This document shows, piece after piece, positions 57,878 to 64,000 of a stretch of 64,000 bases of DNA. The notes under the pieces are model-generated. The model was not told the DNA's origin and made no database searches. It saw only the letters and a list, made by a program, of their open reading frames with translations. The stretch comes from Schizochytrium sp. TIO01 (Eukaryota > Protista > Bigyra: Labyrinthulomycetes): contig SMSO01000007.1 of assembly GCA_004764695.1 (NCBI GenBank), positions 992,001 to 1,056,000 on the forward strand, read 5' to 3'. The translations under genes and the position numbers were made by a program. How positions within the stretch are numbered: position 1 is the stretch's first letter; each line of letters opens with the position of its first letter.

Positions 57878-58579
57878 CTATCGAACAAACTTATACGCCC
57901 AGAGTTCTTCATATGCAGGCGACCAGCTCTTACGAGCCCATGGGATATCCGCAAGTGTGACGGCATCGCGCACGCCAGGATCGATGGTGGAGATTTGCAG
58001 ATACATGCCACCAGGTTTGAGCATACGATGCACCTGGCGCAAGAAGTCGTGAGTCATGTCATCACCTCCAAATTCTACTGCGTCAAGTGTGCCCTTGTCA
58101 ATGCACAAGTCCACTGAAGAATCTTCGATTTTTGATGCAAATATATCGTCTTGCATGAAAACACTTCGAGCAAGGACATTCTGCTCGTACTTCGTCTTGG
58201 CCACTTTTTCAAGCTGATGCACCGCAGCCTCGCTAACATCAACATTAGTCACATGCACATGGTCGAAGGCCTTAGCAACGCGGAGTCCGAGCTCACTTAA
58301 ACCGCAGCCAATGTGAAGACACTTTAGCTCAGACAGTCTCGCCAGATTGTCGTTGTGGCGCACCTCGCGTTCGATGGTGTCCAATACCTCGTCAACCTCC
58401 GCGAACCATTCGCTAGGAGCGCGACCTGCGCGATACTTGTCGTCCCAAAAGGAAGGCTCCGCAAACTTGCTTGGGTCGCTGCTACTGCTAAAGCTGCTGA
58501 GTTGGCATCGTAAGGGCCCGAGCTTGACGTTGCGCAAGTGGTGTAGCTCGCGGCTTGCGAGCCGTGTAAGTGCCATCAT
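57878..58579 (-). CDS. Seven-beta-strand protein-lysine methyltransferase (METTL12/METTL13/EEF1AKMT4 family)
   Basis: FAEPSFWDDKY...EWF, motif I LHIGCGLSEL, VTNVDVS, DLCIDKGTLDAV, HRMLKPGGMYLQIS; first ATG at 58579. Confidence 0.87.
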   Translation of the reverse strand: MMALTRLASRELHHLRNVKLGPLRCQLSSFSSSSDPSKFAEPSFWDDKYRAGRAPSEWFAEVDEVLDTIEREVRHNDNLARLSELKCLHIGCGLSELGLRVAKAFDHVHVTNVDVSEAAVHQLEKVAKTKYEQNVLARSVFMQDDIFASKIEDSSVDLCIDKGTLDAVEFGGDDMTHDFLRQVHRMLKPGGMYLQISTIDPGVRDAVTLADIPWARKSWSPAYEELWAYKFVR

Positions 58580-59603
58580 TTCTGCGATAGCGATTTGTAA
58601 ATTGAATTCTTTTATTTTTAAGATCACTTTATTTCGTGTTTTGTTATTTACTACCGGGAAATGCAGTACACAGCTTTTCTCACCACATTGAATTTGTCAG
58701 AAGCTTGTTGCTTGCGCCGTCATTCTCATTGGTGGTACAAAATAAAAACCAACGTTCTTTGATCAAACAACACAGTGATACGATCGCATACACCTCGACA
58801 ATTGTTTTCAGGATTCACTCTCTTTTTCGTGAAAACCTTCTTTAGTATGTTCTGACTATCGAGACAGCAAAAACATCACTACTATCATATAACAGTGCGG
58901 CTTAAGAAGTGTAAGATATCGCTTTCAGACACTCATTATTATCTCTAACCCCAAATATGGTATCAGTGATAAACACTATTGCGAACGAGTGTGTACCAAC
59001 CATTCCTATCAAATGTATGTGCTTACTTAAATTTTTATCTCACTGCTTGTACTTGAACAATTTAAGTATTGCCTTCCGACTTCAAGTTGAGTTTTCTCCC
59101 GAGTGAAACAATCTTGGCTCCTACTTGGCCCTCGTGGGCACTTTTGATGCCCGCAATATTTCTGTAGTGCTGTTGCTATGTGCAGCACTCAAAATGGATA
59201 ATGTGAACCCTGTAGAATATAAACGCATAACTGTAGCACTCAATGCCTGCATGATTCTGCGAGCCCCAGGATCATTAAGCTCCAGCACCAGTTCTCGATA
59301 TGGAATCTCTCTCCCTCTCCGGCAAGTTCTTGAACTGCTCCAAAACTACCTTCGAATATTTCTACAGCTAGGTATCTAATCTACCTAGTAAGTAGCTACA
59401 TAGCTTTCCGACAACTTCTGATTTCTCCACTCCGTTCCCAGGACCAACGCCACGACAGCAGAAAACATTCCATTACAGAGTTGGCGGCAGCTTTCTCTCT
59501 CTTCGCTTCTCTTCCGTCACTCTCAGCTGTGCCCAAAGTAATCATATCCAAGATGGCACAATCGTTTGATTGCACAATCAATTCCACTTCAAGTTCCTCT
59601 TCA

Positions 59604-59639
59604 ATCTGATCATCTGATCATCTGATCATCTGATCATCT
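59604..59639. repeat. (ATCTGATC)4 tandem repeat
   Basis: atctgatcatctgatcatctgatcatctgatcatct. Confidence 0.85.
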
Positions 59640-59990
59640 AATCTTCCATCCAAGCAAACCTTTATCAGCATCGTCGATGCTACGAACTGGGGTCCTCTCG
59701 CTCAGCCATCCACAATAAAGTTTTCATGGTTATTTCGTGGACTTGTTTGCTTAAAGGCTGAATTCCAACGATTGATTTCAATAACTGATCTAAACTGCAA
59801 TTGCATTCTCTCATTGATCGCCGTCATCGCACCGTGCGAGAACGTGCTCTCGGCGGGTTCTCGAAACCTTCGTATTTCCACCCATTCTTCGTGGCTGCTA
59901 GTTTGCGCGACCTTTGCGGACTCCAAACAGACGAAGAAAAGCTCAGTGTCTCTGACGTAGGACTGGCGTTAGTCGAGGTAGGACTGCAGC

Positions 59991-61460
59991 ATGAAGCTCA
60001 TGCAGTCCAGCATGAGGTGTTTCATGGTGTTCTCTAGGTCAGCAGTTCCGCTTTGCGAGGGAGGTCGAGGCGCCGTACATCGAGGAAGCGCTGGAGTTGG
60101 TACTAGTGGACTTCACGTTACAGGGTTCGGGTCTTATCGAGGTGTACAGGGTTCTCTGCGAGGAGGAATGTTCGCCATGGAGCGTAGAAACTACAGGATG
60201 GAGCGGCAGTTCTGGTCAGATCTCCCGCTCGACAGGCACCCGCTGCCAGAGCTACACGACGACGAGCTGTCTCAGCAGGAGACCACAAAGGTTGTTAAGG
60301 ATGCTTTTGAGCACCCTGAATCCCGGTTCCTGCTCTTCCGTGACGGTAAGATTGCGCTTGCGAACCAGATTAAGGATATCGATTCCAAAGGCGAGACTTC
60401 TGCATCCGAAAGCAGCGGAAAATCTCTTGCGTGGTGGACATGGGCCCAAGTGTCTGCGTTGCCTTCGTGGAGGGCTCGCGAGCTCGAGCCAGAACCTGAG
60501 AAGTTCGTTGGTGAGATGGATGGCGATTCCGCGGGGCGTACTGTGATTCTGTTGGGTCGCAAGAAGAAGGTTGGAGATGTAGAACATGATAACTGCGGTG
60601 AAAGTCACGATGAAGTGATTCTTGGTAGCGGATGGCGTTTCGTATGCGATGTTAGCGGCGTGGAGGACCCTGCTCTCGAGAAGCTCACCTTCATTCATCC
60701 TCGAAGCATGCTTAACAAGCTTCCCAGTGGAGACATGGCTGTCGTGGGCCAGGCTGTGTCACGCATGAATTGGCACTTGGAGATGGCACACTCACCTCGG
60801 ACGGGCGCAGCTACTGCACCCATCGGATGTGGTCATCGCCGCCGAGACTGGTCCCAGGAGGACCGCCGAAATGCAGTTTTTTACCCTCGTACAGACCCGG
60901 TGGCAATCATGCTGGTCCAATCCAAGGACGGAGAGCGTTGCCTTCTTGGTAAGACTCGCCGCCGTGGAGGTGGCAACATGTACTCTTGTTTGGCAGGCTT
61001 TGTAGAGCAGGCTGAGTCCGTGGAGGCTGCCTGTCGCCGCGAGGTTTTTGAAGAGAGCGGTGTGCTTGTTGGGGATGAAGTCCAAATTGTAGGTACACAG
61101 CCGTGGCCCATCGGAGCTGCAGGTCACTGCGAGCTTATGGTCGGTTGCATCGCTCGTGCTTCTTGTGAAGACATCAACATGGATGAAAAGGAGATGGCCG
61201 ATGTTCGCTGGTTCACGCGAGCTGAAGCTCTCGAGCTTTTGCGCCTTTCACACGTACCCGGCGCCATGGGCAACCCGGAATATAAGGCCGTAGTACCACC
61301 GGACTGGGCAATTGCACATCACTTGATCAAGTCTTGGGCAGAGAATGATGTTTGGGATACTGCGCCAGTCTCCCCAAGTAAGGATCCGTCCTGGCTTATG
61401 GTGGCTGCTTCTAGCCTTGCTGTTGGCATGATCGCAGGTGTCTTCATTGGACGTTTGTAA
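59991..61460 (+). CDS. NAD(P)H pyrophosphatase / NAD-cap decapping Nudix hydrolase (NudC/NUDT12/NUDT13 family)
   Basis: YPRTDPVAIMLV, YSCLAGFVEQAESVEAACRREVFEESGV (Nudix box), TQPWP (SQPWP signature), LMVGC, EMADVRWF, AIAHHLI. Confidence 0.9.
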   Translation: MKLMQSSMRCFMVFSRSAVPLCEGGRGAVHRGSAGVGTSGLHVTGFGSYRGVQGSLRGGMFAMERRNYRMERQFWSDLPLDRHPLPELHDDELSQQETTKVVKDAFEHPESRFLLFRDGKIALANQIKDIDSKGETSASESSGKSLAWWTWAQVSALPSWRARELEPEPEKFVGEMDGDSAGRTVILLGRKKKVGDVEHDNCGESHDEVILGSGWRFVCDVSGVEDPALEKLTFIHPRSMLNKLPSGDMAVVGQAVSRMNWHLEMAHSPRTGAATAPIGCGHRRRDWSQEDRRNAVFYPRTDPVAIMLVQSKDGERCLLGKTRRRGGGNMYSCLAGFVEQAESVEAACRREVFEESGVLVGDEVQIVGTQPWPIGAAGHCELMVGCIARASCEDINMDEKEMADVRWFTRAEALELLRLSHVPGAMGNPEYKAVVPPDWAIAHHLIKSWAENDVWDTAPVSPSKDPSWLMVAASSLAVGMIAGVFIGRL

Positions 61461-61933
61461 AACTTGCGTCTGTCCGTACTGAGGGACCGTAGTATTCTAT
61501 GTCAAATTCGAGTATATTTCATCTTTGCTTTAGATTTGGTTCGGTTGTCAAAGATGCTTGGCCGCCACATGCTGCTCTACTTTCCTGTGGGTTCTTATGA
61601 TATGAGTAATATAGCAAACTTCGAGCCGAATTTAACGATGTTTATTTTGCGATTTCTAGCAAGTCAGCATTTATCCCTATCAAGCAACGCAAGTCCAAGG
61701 TTTCTTATCAACATGCATATTTCGCTTACAATATGTACACAATGAAGTCATTTTCTTGATATTTTTTTATTATTTTTTTATAACCCCTGCAGCAAAGCCT
61801 TGCAGAATAAATAATCAAACCAAACACGCTGCTGCAAAACGCTCTGACGTCTGTTTCATGTCCAGTCTGTCCTTCAAATTAGTAATCTTTGTGGTTTATA
61901 TACTTGCTTAGCTACTCTATAATCATCTCATGT

Positions 61934-62006
61934 GCTTCGATAACTCAGTTGGTAGAGTGGTAGGTTTACACCCTGCAAGTCTTGGGATCGACGCCCGATC
62001 GAAGTA
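61934..62006 (+). tRNA. tRNA-Val(TAC), copy 1
   Basis: 73-nt cloverleaf: acceptor GCTTCGA/TCGAAGT+A, D arm ACTC/GAGT, anticodon arm GTAGG-TTTACAC-CCTGC, T arm TTGGG-ATCGACG-CCCGA; oligo-T terminator downstream. Confidence 0.9.
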
Positions 62007-62122
62007 AATGACAGGATTATTTTTTTCTCCTTTCTTTTTGCTCAATTTTTTCCCTCTTTTTTTTCTTTCTTCCTATGAAAAAAGAGAAAAGAAATGAAGT
62101 TACTGCCCCAAACATCTCAAGT

Positions 62123-62195
62123 GCTTCGATAACTCAGTTGGTAGAGTGGTAGGTTTACACCCTGCAAGTCTTGGGATCGACGCCCGATCGAAGTA
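62123..62195 (+). tRNA. tRNA-Val(TAC), copy 2 (identical)
   Basis: Identical 73-mer followed by a T-run. Confidence 0.9.
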
Positions 62196-62265
62196 AATGA
62201 TAGGTTTATTTTTTTCTTTTTCCCTTTCTTTTTTTGGTGCAGATACTTCAATTTTTTCCCTTTTC

Positions 62266-62269
<4 letters not shown>

Positions 62270-62320
<51 letters not shown>
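62270..62320. repeat. Poly-T tract (~51 nt)
   Basis: Direct reading. Confidence 0.9.
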
Positions 62321-62463
62321 CTATGAAAAAGACAAATGAAGTGAGGCTTCCACTACACTACCAAAATTATGCTACTCTCTGAGTGACTTTGTTTTTGGCA
62401 TTGAGATCTTGAGACCTGAAATGTATTAACCAGTGGAGCCAGATGTAATAACATCTGTCAGAT

Positions 62464-62536
62464 GCTTCGATAACTCAGTTGGTAGAGTGGTAGGTTTACA
62501 CCCTGCAAGTCTTGGGATCGACGCCCGATCGAAGTA
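62464..62536 (+). tRNA. tRNA-Val(TAC), copy 3 (identical)
   Basis: Identical 73-mer followed by a T-run. Confidence 0.9.
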
Positions 62537-63766
62537 ATTGAGGATTTATTTTTCCCCTTTTTTTTTTCTTTTCTTTTGCTCCTTCGACTTTCTGTAACAT
62601 TCCATTAAGATTAAATATATAGAGCATTGGAGAGCTTTGCTATTAAAGACCATAACCAGTTATATAGATATTATTTGCATGGCAGATGAATGGACTTGTT
62701 TATTTCTTTACTAAAAACATCCAAAGCTATGTAGTAGTAGCATAGTATTGTTTTTCTTTTTCCTTACTATGTGCTCAAGTATCTTAATAGTTCTATAAAT
62801 GCAGTTCTCATTTTCTGAACTCATTACTTACATAGAACAAGAACAGGGTCAAACGCGACCTCTTTATTTTAGAGCTACTGCTCAACGTTCACATTTTACT
62901 TAGATAATCATCCCGCCAGGATTTAGATAACGTTATGAAGCAGTCAACAAATCCAATTTCTGTCGTGTAACTAAGTCAATGAAGGTATCGTCCTACGATG
63001 TATGTAAAAGAGCAACTAGAAAATGCCTAATACCTCCGTTTAATCTTGAGAGCAGCATAAGGACGTCGACAAGGAAACAACAAATACGCTTGGACTCCTC
63101 ATGACACCATTATGGCGATTGACTACTTTTGGCTCTAGAAGTGGGCTACTTTGACCAGTTAAAAGCTTTCCTCGGCAGCTTTACTCTGAGCGAAAGCTCA
63201 AGTCAAAGCATTGCGTTTTTGCACAATTCGCAAGGCTGAAACCTGCAGTGTACCTATAAAGTACTCTGTAAATCATCTTTCGTATTACCAGTTTGGGCAG
63301 ATGTTATCCAGCCTCAGGTTGAGGATTGCAAAAATGCTATGCTTTAGACACAAGTGTTGATTGCTATGCAAGGTGAGAATAACGATTTGTAAACTTGAAC
63401 AAGTTGAGGAACTTTCAACTGACTACGAATTCAAGCAAAACGCAGACAGCAAGTAAAGGGATGCTATTGTAGAACCAAGCAAAAGTAGATAAATCTGGAT
63501 ATTTTTGATGAGACGGACCGAAAAAAGAAAAAGAAAAAAAGAGAATGAACAACTACAACAACAACGATCATCGACAACATCAAAAATGTGCCAAAGTCAT
63601 GGGCGTGGTGGGAAGTGGAAGGGGATGAGAGGGTGAAGAGAAGTCAGGGTCGAAGTCAGTGTAAGGAATGCATATACCAAAGAGTAGTGTAAGGGACAAT
63701 TTAGCATCTAACCGAGAGTACAGGACATGAGAAGCGCATACTTGCGTGAGAAAGAAAAGACGAGAT

Positions 63767-64000
63767 TTAGCAGGCCGGAGAGGAGCGCGTAATCTTGTTG
63801 GCCAGCGCAAGACCACCAAGCGCTGTCTCCTTGTACTCCTCCTTCATGTCATTGCCGATCTGGCGCATGACCTCGACTACGGTATCAAAAGAAATGTGGT
63901 GGCTCTCCTCGGCAGAGACGATGGCGAGGGCAGCAGCGTTCATGGCCTTGGTGGCACCCATGGCGTTACGCTCAATGCAGGGGATCTGGACGAGACCATC
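63767..64000 (-). CDS. Fe-S-dependent L-serine dehydratase (SdaA-type), C-terminal end; gene continues beyond the window
   Basis: Open frame from the window edge: [23 protein letters not shown]...[30 protein letters not shown], matching the SdaA alpha-domain VQ.PCIERN and Y.ET..GGLA motifs. Confidence 0.9.
   Translation of the reverse strand, partial: DGLVQIPCIERNAMGATKAMNAAALAIVSAEESHHISFDTVVEVMRQIGNDMKEEYKETALGGLALANKITRSSPAC

Noticed and set aside
61934-62536. Repeat-spacer pattern resembling a CRISPR array or SINE cluster
   Set aside because: Repeats fold as complete tRNAs with Pol III terminators; spacers are unequal and low-complexity; no cas genes

Overview
Eukaryotic nuclear DNA from an intron-poor, flagellated protist. 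Mostly single-exon genes, AT-rich spacers and an axonemal dynein assembly factor suggest a stramenopile, possibly a thraustochytrid (inference only). The first ~22 kb are gene-poor: one intact gene (a HAD hydrolase), several broken coding-like relics, microsatellites and a 125-bp-period duplication. From 22.7 kb the window is gene-dense: DNAAF1, a TauD-like dioxygenase/aldo-keto reductase fusion, XPB, a SET protein, WAPL, a double-GYF protein, kinesin-1, a Byr4/Bfa1-like protein, NELF-C/D with a WW domain, a spliced ZZ+SEC-C protein, a spliced APC15 missed by the ORF track, a lysine methyltransferase, a NudC/NUDT12-like Nudix enzyme, three identical atypical tRNA-Val(TAC) genes and the 3' end of a bacterial-type L-serine dehydratase. 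No CRISPR array, rRNA or intact mobile element was seen. The best leads are the TauD-AKR fusion, the Byr4/Bfa1-like protein outside fungi, the WW-NELF-C/D fusion and the atypical tRNAs. Family calls come from motifs recognised by eye, not database searches.
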